From NCBI GenBank assembly GCA_951406725.2, contig OX597826.1:45942001-46006000 (forward strand): a stretch of DNA of 64,000 nucleotides, given 5' to 3'. The translations under genes and the position numbers were made by a program. The stretch is from Octopus vulgaris (taxonomy: Eukaryota). The notes below the pieces were generated by a model. That model saw only the letters and a program-made list of their open reading frames with translations. It was not told the DNA's origin and searched no databases. Shown here one piece after another: positions 36,163 to 48,323 of this stretch (within the stretch, counting starts at the first letter, position 1; the number at the start of each line of letters is the position of its first letter).

Positions 36163-37691
36163 AGCTCTTAGAAAAACCACTGCAAATGCTTTTCCAGAGT
36201 TCCCTTGAATGTGGTACATTTCCTCAAAAGTTAAAAGAAGGAATAATCTGCCCTGGCCACAAAGGAGGAAGCAGAGCAGATGCTACAAACTACAGACCCA
36301 TCTCTCTGACTTCACATGTCAGCAAGATCATGAAATGCATTGTCAAAAAAACACTGACCACGTTCCAAGAGGAAAATGACTTGCTTACAGACACGCAACA
36401 TGGTTTCCGTCCTGCACAGAGCTGCCTAACACAGCTACTATAGCACTTCGACTGGGTGCTAAAACAAAAGCTCAACCCTTCAAATGTGCATGTGATTGCC
36501 AAGGCGTTTGACGAAGTCAATCAGTGGATGATATGTCACAAACTGCGTGACCTCGGGATCGCTGGTAGACTGGGAGAGTGGCTGCATGATTTCCTAAGAG
36601 GCAGAAGTCAGGCTGTCACAGCAAATGGTGCTCTCTCTGAAGTAACACCAATTCTCAGTGAAGTCCCCTAGGGAACAGTGCTGGGTCCACTACTGTTTGT
36701 GGTTGCTCTTTCGGACACGCCCTCAGCCATAGAGACAGACACATTCATCAGCTATGCCGATACAAAAGTATCGCAGGCGGTCAAGGATCCTACTGGCATC
36801 CTAAGACTGCATGACTTGAATGCAATATATAAATGAGCTGATGACAATAATATGCTGTTCAATGGCGCAAAATTCCAAACACTTCGCTATCAGCCCACAA
36901 ACAAGCTACAGCTGAAGTACACAATACCAGCAGGCAATGTAATCCGAGAGTTAGGGTCGGTGCGTTATCTGAGAATCTACATAAGCAACGACGCAACGTT
37001 CCATGAGCACATTGCTCAGATGGCAACACTATGTGGGCGGGTGGCTGGTTGGATCCTTACATCGTTCAGGACCAGGAACAGAGACACAATGCTTCTGCTT
37101 TGGAGAACCTTTGTCCTCGGTCGTCTGGACTACTGCTCCCAGCTGTGTTCCCCACAGAGTGCAAAACTAATTACGGAACTAAAAGCGATCCAACGCCACT
37201 TCACATAGAAGATAGACTCAGTAAAACACATGGGTTACTGGGAGAGATTGAGGGACCTGGGACTCTACTCCCTAGAGGGGAAATGTGAAAGATATACAGT
37301 GCTATACATGTGGAAAATAATGGAGGGTCTGGCTCCAAATTTCGAAATTGAAATTTACAACCATTCCCGAACTGGACTGCAGTGCACAGTCCCATCTTTT
37401 CCATCGAGGATACGAACCCAATATTGTAGTAGCTTGGGATTCAAGGGACTACAACTTTTTAATGCCCTACCACAGAACATCAAGGATCTGCAAGATGTAG
37501 ACATGGGAGTCTTCAAAAAACGTCTAGACAGTTTTTTATCTGCAATTCCGGATGAACCCATATCACAGCAGGAGGCACAAAGAAAAGCGTCAACGCCCAA
37601 TTCACTACTTCATCAGAAGCAATACTGGAAAAATCCCCGGACGCAGAGTGGAAACGCTATCGGCGTAAACCTAAAAAAAAAAAAGGTTTAA
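36163..37691 (+). mobile_element. Decayed CR1/L2-group LINE ORF2, same lineage as 12306-13434
   Basis: NYRPISLTS, QHGFR, KAFD, VP*GTVLGPLLF, SYAD, LDYCSQL and IPDEP, with several stops and frameshifts. Confidence 0.92.
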
Positions 37692-38279
37692 GGACGGCAT
37701 AAGGACTCTAGCATGTTTGTATTAGTTTTAGTTAAAACATGCATTTTAGGACTTCAAGGTAGGTTCAGGCGACACTGTCAATTTACAGCTTTACTCAGCT
37801 TGGGATTGACTGAATTAACTTGCTCCTTCGGATAGGCGTTCTCTGCTACGTCCGATTGTCTCTTACATAATGTGGCTGCTGCCATGATTCAATCGAGTTC
37901 CTTGACTTCCTCGCTTCACTTCCAAAGGACTCTCGGTATGCTGTTTTGCTCTATCGCAGTTAACGCTGTCCCTCTCTCACACAAGAACATTCTTCTTCCA
38001 CGGACGCTGGCATAATAGACCAAACTCAATGTCGTTATCTTCATGCTATCTAGAAACACTTCTATCAAGTCTCTTCTACATATACAAAATACAACTAATG
38101 ATTTCACGCATTCATTCATTTATTCTTTTACTCTTTTAATTGTTTCAGTCATTTGACTGTGGCCATGCTGGAGCACCGCCTTTAGTCGAGCAAATCGACG
38201 CCAGAACTTATTCTTTGTAAGCCTAGTACTTATTCTATTGGTCTCTTTGTCGAACCACAAAGAACATAGACACACAAAC

Positions 38280-39104
38280 GGATCTTTTCCTTTTGAACGG
38301 CACATGTCAACACAATTTCTAGTTAACTAAACACTTTTAAACTTCGTATACTGGTAGAATGTGTTTATAAAACATCATTTTTCTTGGCTTTATTGAGAAA
38401 ATTCTATATGTTGTAACATATTTCCACTTTAATTTCAAGCATTTCGGCAATTTTAACCAATCGCTGACCTCCATTTGGGGTGAAAACATTCCATGCTGTA
38501 TGAATATGTCCCTCGTTTAAGAAACAGATTGGCTTTATTTACATTTGCGAAGAAAAAAAGATACCCTTCCCCCACCCCTAACCCTAACCCTAACTCTAAC
38601 CCTAAATCTAAAATAGATTGAAATGCAATAGATCGATACTAGGGTTATAATTATGGGTGTCAATTTCATACGACACCGCTACGGAAAATGGGATTTTTTT
38701 CTAGCTGTGTCAAATGAAAATGTCACCCATAATTATAACCCTAGTATCGATCTATTGCATTTCAATCTATTTTAAATTTAGGGTTAGAGTTAGGGTTAGG
38801 GTTAGGGGTGGGGGAAGGGTATCTTTTTTTCTTTGCAAATGTAAATAAACCCAATCTGTTTCTTAAACGAGGGACATATTCATACAGCACGGAATGTTTT
38901 CACCCCAAATGGAGGTCAGCGATTGGTTAAAATTGCCGAAATGCTTGAAATTAAAGTGGAAATATGTTACAACATATAGAATTTTCTCAATAAAGCCAAG
39001 AAAAAATTATGTTTTATAAACACATTCTACTAGTATACGAAGTTTAAAAGTGCTTAGTTAACTAGAAATTGTGTTGACATGTGCCGTTCAAAAGGAAAAG
39101 ATCC
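38280..39104. mobile_element. 825-bp fold-back element (MULE-like) with telomeric repeats
   Basis: ~400-bp near-perfect inverted arms GGATCTTTTCC...GGAAAAGATCC. 9-bp TSD CACACAAAC at 38271-38279 and 39105-39113. (CCCTAA)n at ~38576-38611 and (TTAGGG)n at ~38777-38806. Confidence 0.92.
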
Positions 39105-39599
39105 CACACAAACATATATACACACATACATATATATAGCACTCACAAAGCTTTGGTCGGCCCGAGGCTATAGTAGAAGACACTTGCCCAAGGTGCTACG
39201 CAGTGGGACTGAACACGGAACCATGTGGTTTGTAAGCAAGCTACTTACCAGACATCCACTCCTACGCCTTACTGTTAACACACCAGAAACACCTCTATAA
39301 AACACTACACACCTCTACAAGAACACAACTTAATTCTTTACAGGAAATCTTATGCAAGACATTAACGTTGTACGTAACCCCTGCTGTGAATAAACTTTTC
39401 TATTGAACAAGGTTGAGTTTTGTCCGTCTGTCAGCGTATACCGATTACTATTGAACGAACACAAGACACAGTATCAACAATCTCGTACCGCCAACGATGT
39501 CACTTCAACTAGACTGTGAAGACACCTTGGGCTATAGCTACACATCAGCTACAAATATAGTGAACTCAACATACTAGCGACCCCTTCACTAGACTGGTG

Positions 39600-40170
39600 A
39601 TGCATTCACTAAAAGACTACTATGAAGTCACTTGGAATGGATCCAGAGGACATAGAAACCTTTGCTTCGGATCAAGCTGGATGGCGAACAAAAGTATGGA
39701 GTGGAGTGAAAGCGTTTGAAGAGACCAGGGTAACACATGCAAGACTCAAGAGAGATTTAAGGAAGAATGTTACGATCGAGAAGGTAGATCACAATGACCT
39801 TGTGTGCACAGTTTATGACAGACCATGCCTTTCTTTTGCTGGAATCAAGTCTCATTTGCGAACCCATGGAAAACGAAGCTCTACCAACTATTCTGCCTAT
39901 ATGTCTGTATTCACCTTTTCCAGAAGGTTTGCAAATCTAACGGAGGCCTCAAAAGACATTTTAAGATCCACAAAGACCAGAATTTATCTGCAGCTCTTGG
40001 TGGTCTAAATCGGATAGGCAATCTATGTGGTTGTCTTTTCAAAACATCGTCTGGTTTAAAAGCCACATCAGATGTCATGATGGTTCTAAAGTGTAGGTAC
40101 AGGAGGTGGTCAAACTCTACAAAAGAAGTAGACAACCACTGCTCGAAATAAGGAGTAGATAGACAGCCGA
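39600..40170 (+). mobile_element. RTE-clade LINE 3' end with C2H2-like fingers
   Basis: IETFASDQAGWRTKVWSGVKAFEE (RTE C-terminal WR motif), then C..C.S.AGIKSHLRTH, CKSNGGLKRHFKIH and a third decayed finger. Confidence 0.72.
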
Positions 40171-40289
40171 CAACTGATGAAGGGTCCTTTCTCTGTTTTC
40201 CATTTTTTTCTCATTGTTTACTATTTAACTCGTTCGTTTATGTATTTCATGTTATTTGCACCGTTGGTGATGTCCTGTACACAAATATG

Positions 40290-40525
40290 CATGTGTGTGT
40301 GTATTTATATATATAAAAGTGTGTGTATATATACATACATATATACATTTTATATTATTTACTATTTATTACATATGTATATATTTATATATATATATAT
40401 ATATATATATACATACATGTATGTGTGTATATATAATGTATATGTATACACATATATATGTGTATATATATATATATACATATATATATGTGTGTGTGTA
40501 TATATATATATACATATATATACAC

Positions 40526-40570
<45 letters not shown>

Positions 40571-40849
40571 TACATATATATATATGCATATATGTGTATA
40601 TATATCATCATTATCATCATCATCATTTAGCGTCCGCTTTCCATATGTATATACATACATGCATATATATATATGTGTGTGTGTATATACATACATACAT
40701 ATGCATATACGCATATATATATGTATGCGTGTGTGTGTATATATATATATATGTACATATGTAAATATATATGTATATACGTACATGCATATATATATAT
40801 GTGTATGTATATACATACATACATATGCATATACATATATATATATGTA

Positions 40850-40880
<31 letters not shown>

Positions 40881-40975
40881 GTATGTGTATATGTAAATAT
40901 ATATGTATATACATACATGCATATATATATGTGTGTGTGTATATACATACATATACATATACATATATATATATA

Positions 40976-41039
<64 letters not shown>

Positions 41040-41247
41040 TATATATATGTTTATATATTGCTAAACTGGCAAAATGACCATTCCGAAATATAACAATATA
41101 TATATATATATATGTATGTATATATGTAAATATATATCTATATACATACATGCATATCTATATATGTGTGTGTGTATATACATGCATGCATATATATATA
41201 TGTGTGTGTGTGTATATACATACATACATACATACATATGCATATAC

Positions 41248-41288
<41 letters not shown>

Positions 41289-41708
41289 TATGTATATATG
41301 TAAATATATATGTATATACATACATGCATATATATATATGTATGTGTATATACATACATATACATATACATATACATATATATATGTGTGTGTATATATA
41401 TATACATATATACGTTTATATACTCTCTCTTTTACTCTTTTACTCTTTTACTTGTTTCAGTCATTTGACTGCAGCCATGCTGGAGCACCGCCTTTAATAT
41501 ATTGGCTAAACTGGCAAAATGACCATTCTGAAATATAACAATATATATATATATATATATGTATATATGTAAATATATATATATATGTATGTATATATGT
41601 AAATATATATGTATATACATACGTATGTAGATATATATATATGTGTGTATATATACATGCATGCATATATATATGTGTGTGTGTGTATACATACATATGC
41701 ATATACAT

Positions 41709-41740
<32 letters not shown>
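40290..41740. repeat. Large compound (TA)/(TG)/(CATA) microsatellite with higher-order duplication
   Basis: Visible low-complexity tract. The unique marker CTAAACTGGCAAAATGACCATT occurs at ~41061 and ~41506. Confidence 0.95.
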
Positions 41741-41741
<1 letters not shown>

Positions 41742-41789
41742 TATCGTGCACAATATCTAAATATATAGAGAGAAAGAGAGAGGAAGGAG

Positions 41790-41906
41790 AGAGAAAAGAG
41801 AGACTACAACTAACAGTAAAATACTACTAAAATACGAATCTACAAGCGGAGGTTCGAGTAGCTTTAGTAGAGAATTCTGGGATAACTTCCGGTTAACATT
41901 GTCAAC
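41790..41906 (+). promoter_or_regulatory. Putative MED16 core promoter/5'UTR with an ETS-type site
   Basis: AACTTCCGGT at 41884-41893 (reverse complement ACCGGAAGTT, the ETS/GABP consensus) and ACTACAA at ~41803, just upstream of the ATG. CpGs are retained locally. Confidence 0.5.
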
Positions 41907-42040
41907 ATGGAAGTCGTGTATGTTATCAAAAACCCAGCCAAGGTGTCTTCTGAGTTATATGACTGGTGTCCAGACGATCAAATTTGTTGCAGTTTATCTT
42001 GTAAAAATATTTTAGCCTTCAGTTCAGCATCTGACGACAG
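41907..42040 (+). CDS. MED16: Mediator complex subunit 16, coding exon 1 (MEVVYVIKNPAKVSSELYDWCPDDQICCSLSCKNILAFSSASDD)
   Basis: ATG in a CAACATGG context, 44 open codons plus AG, then a GTATTT donor (phase 2). SCKNILAF matches the metazoan MED16 N-terminal SCRNLIAF-type motif as I recall it. Joins in frame to 53357. Confidence 0.88.
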
Positions 42041-42645
42041 GTATTTGAGTATTTCAATTTAATTACAGTTTCTTTTTCATTATCTTAGTGTCGGTGTGTG
42101 TACGATGACGAAAAAGACCGGTATGTTTATAGAACGTATTGTGTACATAATGAAGATTGTGAGGAGGCATAGAGTTATATTTCTAGTTTATATAGTTAGC
42201 CTGTTTAATTAAATATTTCTTGTGATGTGTGTGCTTTTATATATGTATCTGTGTGGTAGTCTTGTTGGTTAGTTACTGCAAGGTTCGTGATCGCATCACG
42301 TTGGTGCCTATCGGTTTTAAGCCGGTAAAATACAGATTCGCTCCATTCATGTATAGTATTCATTCTCTGACAAAATAATGTATTTGCATATTATATTTGA
42401 GAACTATAATTACGTTAAAATTTTCATTCGGTGGGTGGGTGGGTGTTTATTACTCTTTTGGAGCGAGTTCGAAACATCGTGTGTTTAGTATTTTTGAAAC
42501 GGTAAAGTGTTTGTAAATATGTATATATATATATATATATATATATCACTTCAACAAATATATATGCAGTTTATGAGATATGGTTTATATATTATACTTG
42601 TTTATATACAACTTTAACAAATAAATATAAAATTGATAAACTATA

Positions 42646-42701
<56 letters not shown>

Positions 42702-43419
42702 GTGTATGTATTTTGTAATTAAGAAATGTGTTTACAAATATATGTACATACGTATGTGTGTGAAATCGACTAAATAAATATATATAAATCCTTAATTCAT
42801 GTTGTGCATGTTTTGAAAGTAGGAAATCTTTATGCGTGGTGTGTGAGTGTGTATATGTAATAATACTCATAATGTTTACTGGTTTATATTCATTTTTCTG
42901 TTTATTTGTGTAGAATGGTTGCTTAATTATTTTTCGTTTTAGCAGTCGTCTTTTGACAGTGCAATGCCCTTTATAAACAGTGAACCTTCTTTAACCACAG
43001 ATAATTTCATAGCCATTACACCTCTTAAACATCACCAACATTGCCATTTCTACACAGTCATTAGTTAACTGGATCATTGTGGTTCCCGTTGGTTGTTATT
43101 TGAAGTGTACTGGGGGTATTTTGTCATGGCACCAACACTAAAAACGTCATGTCCTCAACACAACTTAAGTATCCTCTTAAGCCCCTTAGACAATGAGGGG
43201 CGTAAGAGGATGCTAAGTTAGGTTGCCTTAAATCTTGCAAAACCAAAGAGTCTGCAACACATTACTGTTTCTTGAAGGTAAGGTATTCAAGAGGGTACCG
43301 AGAAGAGGTCAATGACAGAAAATGAATTCAGGTGAGAGGATGAAGGAACTGATAGTATAATGGGAGCAACAAAGTGATGTGGGTTGCAGGATAATAAAGA
43401 TTGGAGTAATTTAAGATTA

Positions 43420-43745
43420 GCTGAGATACCAGTGCCGGTGGCACGTAAGAGAACCATCCAAACGTGGCCGTTGTCTCCGCCGCCCCGACTGGACTCTGTG
43501 CCGGTGGCACGTAAAAAGCACCATCCAATTGTGGCCATTTGTAGCCTCGTCTGGCACCTGTGCAGATGGCACATAAAAAGCACCCACTACACTCTCGGAG
43601 TGGTTGGCATTAGGAAGGGCATCCAGCTGTAGAAACACTGCCAGATCAGGCTGGGCCTGGCGCAGCCTTCTCGCTTCCCAGACCCCAGTTGAACCGTCCA
43701 ACCCATGCTAGCATGGAAAATGGACGTTAAACGATGATGATGATA
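43420..43745 (+). mobile_element. RTE-type 3'UTR repeat ending in (GAT)n
   Basis: GAGTGGTTGGCATTAGGAAGGGCATCCAGCTGTAGAAAC..CCAACCCATGCTAGCATGGAAA..GATGATGAT. Other copies at 44255-44438(-), 45462-45690(-), 45893-46185(-), 58480-58620(-) and 59235-59415(+). Confidence 0.8.
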
Positions 43746-43854
43746 GCACGAGAAGGAGTTATGGAAGAAAGACAATAATGGCTGGAAGTAATATGGAAGA
43801 GGCAATGATGGCAATCCTGTGCTTGCTGCTAAAAAAGCAAGAAGTGATGAGAAA

Positions 43855-44215
43855 AAGAAAGCCAGTGGGAAAGTCACTGGGAGATTGTAAAAGACCTGAC
43901 GGCATGACAGTTTTCTTCTTCATCTGGAATTCTAGATGCTGTGACACCTTCAGCAGCAACTTAGTTCGTTAGGCTGAGGAAAGCAAACTGTTAAGGTATC
44001 TGTTGCTCTGTCAAGTTTATGGTCAAGCTTGTGGCAGTGGAGTTCTCCAGCATTCTTTGCATCCCCACTGGACCATATCCCTGCTCACCGCTATCAAGGG
44101 GGCAAAGATGTCTCTCTACAAGTGTGAGCCTTGTGAGTCAGAGTGGCTGTTCTGGCGCATCTCCCTTGCCATTCTTTGGGGCAATGCCTTTTCCATTTTG
44201 TCTGCTTACAGGGAA
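43855..44215 (+). mobile_element. CRE-like (restriction-like endonuclease) LINE 3' fragment
   Basis: PVG..GDCKRPDGMT..IWNSRCCDTF and WLFWRISLAILWGNAFSIL match the RPDG...WD.T..DT and RLS.A..RGNA..I pattern. Confidence 0.65.
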
Positions 44216-44433
44216 TTGTATATTCTACTCTTTAATGCAAATTCACTCCATATATCATCATCATCATCATCATCGTTTAACGTCCGCTTTCCATGCTAGC
44301 ATGGGTTGGATGGTTCAACTGGGGTCTGGGAAGCCAGAAGGCTGCACCAGGCCCAGTCTGATCTTGCAGTGTTTCTACAGCTGGATGCCCTCCCTAACGC
44401 CAACCACTCCATGAGTGTAGTGGGTGCTTTTTA

Positions 44434-44470
<37 letters not shown>

Positions 44471-44474
<4 letters not shown>

Positions 44475-44692
44475 AAAAAGTACAAACTGGGACAAGAACG
44501 CAAAACATTAGGAAGATGATACAAAAAACACGGACGGGACATTAGAAGCCTTCAATCTTCAGTCAAGTACCGAATCATCCTCGATCAGCTGAAATTGGGA
44601 GGATGATCTGGTTCTTGACTTTTGCATCATTGTCTGTGTCTTTTGCATCATCTTCCTAATGTTTTGCGTTCTTGTCCCAGTTTGTATTTTTT

Positions 44693-44696
<4 letters not shown>
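44471..44696. repeat. Inverted repeat with central hairpin, flanked by (TA)n
   Basis: Arms at 44471-44535 and 44632-44696. Inner stem GTCAAG..ATCATCCTC / GAGGATGAT..CTTGAC. Confidence 0.85.
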
Positions 44697-44724
<28 letters not shown>

Positions 44725-47700
44725 CGTAAACTTCGAATGATGAATATATACATATAGTAAGAAGAGGGATATAAAATCCAGGCAGATACCATATTTCTCC
44801 AAGTAAAATGCCAGGGCTGGTTCCTTGCGATGATGTGTGTTTTGGTAATCTACCTTTAGCTTTCATCTGATGTTCCAGTTTATTTCTTGGTTACTTAGAG
44901 TGTAAAGTACAATATTGTGTGTATGTTTATATTTTTGGTAAAACTCCATTACTCTTATAATAAATATATGTATGTATATAAAGAAAGATTATAACACATA
45001 TGTACAAAATTAATATTAAATAAAATGGCTTGTAGTCCTGAAGAATATTGGTTACTGGTAAGAGTGGGAGAGGGCTAGTCAAGGGTCATCAGTACCTTTA
45101 TGAGTCACAGTATCTTGAGGTGTCTTCACCACTTCATTCCCTGTCTACTTAGTTCTCCGTCTCCTACAAATTCCATCCATTTCAAGCATTGGCATTTTCT
45201 ACAGCTGTCGTCCTCCATATACATCACCTGCCTGCACCAGCGCAGTCTCCTCTCTTCCACACTCTATCTAATTCCTCATATATCCAGTTCTTCTCTCAGC
45301 TCATTTCTTCATTGTCCCTGTGCATCAACATGTTCATTGGTTCATGCTCACTTCACTTATTTCTTGATCTTTGCAGATCCCCTGCATTTAAGGTCCATGT
45401 TTTACTACCATTCAGCATCACACTTTTTACATGAGCATCATAGAATCTGCCCTTCATCCATTCATCATCGTTTAACATCTGCTTTCCATGCTAGCATGGG
45501 TTGGATGATTTGACTGAAGTCTGGCAAACCAGATGGCTGCACCAGACTCCAATCTGATCTGGCAAAGTTTCTACGGCTGGATGCCCTTCCTAATGCCAAC
45601 CACTCCAAGAGTGTAGTACGTGCCACCAGTATGAGGGCCAGTCAGGCAGTACTGGCAATGACCACACCCAAATGGTGCTTTTTATGTGCATGATGATTGT
45701 ATCATATAAGTGGTTTCCTTCATTTCCAATCTACTGTGAAATCATGTTTGTCCTTTAAGAAATATTACCTAGCTTGGAAAGAGGTGAGGATTGGTGACAG
45801 GAAGAGCATCTTGCTGTAGAGAATCTTCAACTAATTCCTTCTAACCTGTGCAAGCACAGAAAAGTGGGCATTAAAATGATGATTCACCTCACCATCATCA
45901 TCATCATCATTGTTTAACGTCCGCTTTCCATACTAGCATGGGTTGGACGATTTGACTGAGGACTGGTGAACCAGATGGCTGCATCAGACTCCAATCTGAT
46001 CTGGCAGAGTTTCTACAGCTGGATGCCCTTCCTAATGCCAACCACTCCAAGAGTGTAGTGAGTGCTTTTACAGGCCACCAGCATGAGGGCCAATCAGGTG
46101 GTACTGGCAATGGCCACAGCCAAATGGTGCTTTTTATGTGCCACCTGCATAGGAGCCAGTCCAGCAGCACTGGCAATGATCTCCCTCGAATCTTTTGTTA
46201 ACATTTACATCTATTCTACATTTCAATCAGTTTAACCCTTGAGCATATAAATTGGCCATATTCATCCTAAATGTTCTACTTGTTTTATGCTCAAACCAGC
46301 CAGCTCTAACCTCTCACACCTACCCCACAAAGTCATTCTAAAAGTAAACAACCACATCAGCAACATCTCAAAAGCTACAGGATAATGTAGGATTAATTCA
46401 AAATGATGTGAATAAATATTACATTTAACAGAATAACCTGAATGAAAGGCGGGTGAGCTGGTAGAAATGTTAGCATGCCGGGCAAAATGCTAAGCAGTAT
46501 TTCATCTGTCTTTGTGTTCTGAGGTCAAATTCTGCCAAGGTTGACTTTGCCTTTCATCCTCTCGGGGTCGATAAATTAAGTACCAGTTACACACTGGGGT
46601 CGATGTAATTGACATAATCCCTTTGTCTGTCCTTGTTTGTCCCCTCTGTGTGTAGCCCCTTATGGGCAATAAAGAAATAAGAATAACCTGAATGCTAAAG
46701 GGTTAAGGCTTGTTTGTGATCATGTGTCTTATCCTTAGCTGTCTTCACAGCTTCAGGTAGAATTCACACTAGGAACCTTTGCTTCTAAACTAATTGTAGT
46801 AACATTTTAATTCACTGTCCCACCGATGCTTTATATAGAGGCAAAATTGATCAAAATGTGTAGATAAGATTAATAATATGATTTGCTTTGGAACCTCCTT
46901 TGTTTATTCTAAAGCCATGGCTTGACCAAAGCCTCGTGTTTGAATTGGTGTATGGAAACTTGTGCAACTTCAGCTAATTATAGTTTGATGAAGTTTTATG
47001 CAAATTACTAAGTGTACTGTTTGCTGTTCTTATATGGGAACAAATTATTCTTTTCAAGCTGCGAAATGCAGATTTGGTGTTCAAAGCTGATGCCCCATAA
47101 AAACTCAGAAAAGCATGACCTCTATGATCCACTGATGTCATTACCAGCCCAGTGTGTTTCCATTCATATTGTCTAGAAGGAGAATTGTCTCCTGAGGCTA
47201 TTTCCACTGAAAAAGCTTTTCCCCATGTTCTGATCTTTTATCTGTTTCACTCATTCGACTGCAGCCATGCTGGGGCACTACCTTTAAAAATTTTAGTCAA
47301 ATGAATTGACGTCTGTACTTTTTTTCTTAAGCCTGGTACTTATTTCTGTTTGTTTCTTTTGCTGAACCGTTAAGTTACAGGGATGTAAATAGCAACTCCG
47401 GTTGTCAAGTGGTTGGAGGAGGACAAGCAGACACACACAGGCATATATATATATATATATATGACAGGATTCTATCAGTTTCTATCTACCAAATTCACTC
47501 ACACGGCTTTGGTTGGTCTGAGGCTATTGTAGAGGACATTTGCCTATGGTGCCATGCAGTTGGACTGAACCCAGAACCATGCAGTTAGGAAGCAAACTTA
47601 ACACACAGCCACACCTATATGCAAATGTGTTAAATATGACTTTACATGAATGTGTGTGTGTGTGTATGTCTTTATTGTTCGTTTACATCCTTTAACAAAG

Positions 47701-47919
47701 TGGCTTAGTTAAAAGAGACTGACAGATTAATCACCAGGCTTGAAATAAGTACTGGGGTCTATTTGTTAACTAAACTCTTCTTGGCTGTGCCCCAGCATGG
47801 CCACAGTCCAGTGACTTACACAAGTAAAAGAATAACCTATCTCAAATATTAAGACATTCATAAAAAATTTCTTTGAAGGGAATGATGCTTTTTTTTTTCC
47901 CTGTAGTATTTAAAATAGC

Positions 47920-48323
47920 AGCGGCGAGCTGGCAGAAACATTAGCACGTCGGGCGAAATGCTTAGTGGTATTTCGTCTGCCGCTACGTTCTGAGTTCAAA
48001 TTCTGCCGAAGTTGACTTTGCCTTTCATCCTTTCGGGGTCGATTAAATAAGTACTAGTTACACACTGAGGTCAATATAATCGACTTAATCTGTTTGTCCG
48101 TCCTTGTTTGTCCTCTCTGTGTTTAGCCCCTTGTGGGTAGTAAAGAAATAGGTATTTTGTCTGCTGCTATGTTCTTAGTTCAAATTCCGCCAAGGTTGAC
48201 TTTGCTTTTCATCATTTCAGGGTCGATTAAATAAGTACCAGTTACGCACTGGAGCCGAGGTAATCGACTTAATCCTTTTGCCTGTCCCCTCTATGTTTAG
48301 CCCCTTGTGGGCAATAAAGAAAT
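47920..48323 (+). mobile_element. Dimeric SINE-B, CpG-decayed
   Basis: Same architecture as 20121-20545. Confidence 0.83.

Noticed and set aside
38576-38806. Telomere or telomere-fusion site
   Set aside because: There are only about five units per side, embedded symmetrically in a TSD-flanked element. The orientation is opposite to an end-to-end fusion.
39622-40151. Host C2H2 zinc-finger gene
   Set aside because: It is frameshifted, lacks TGEKP linkers and directly follows an RTE C-terminal motif.
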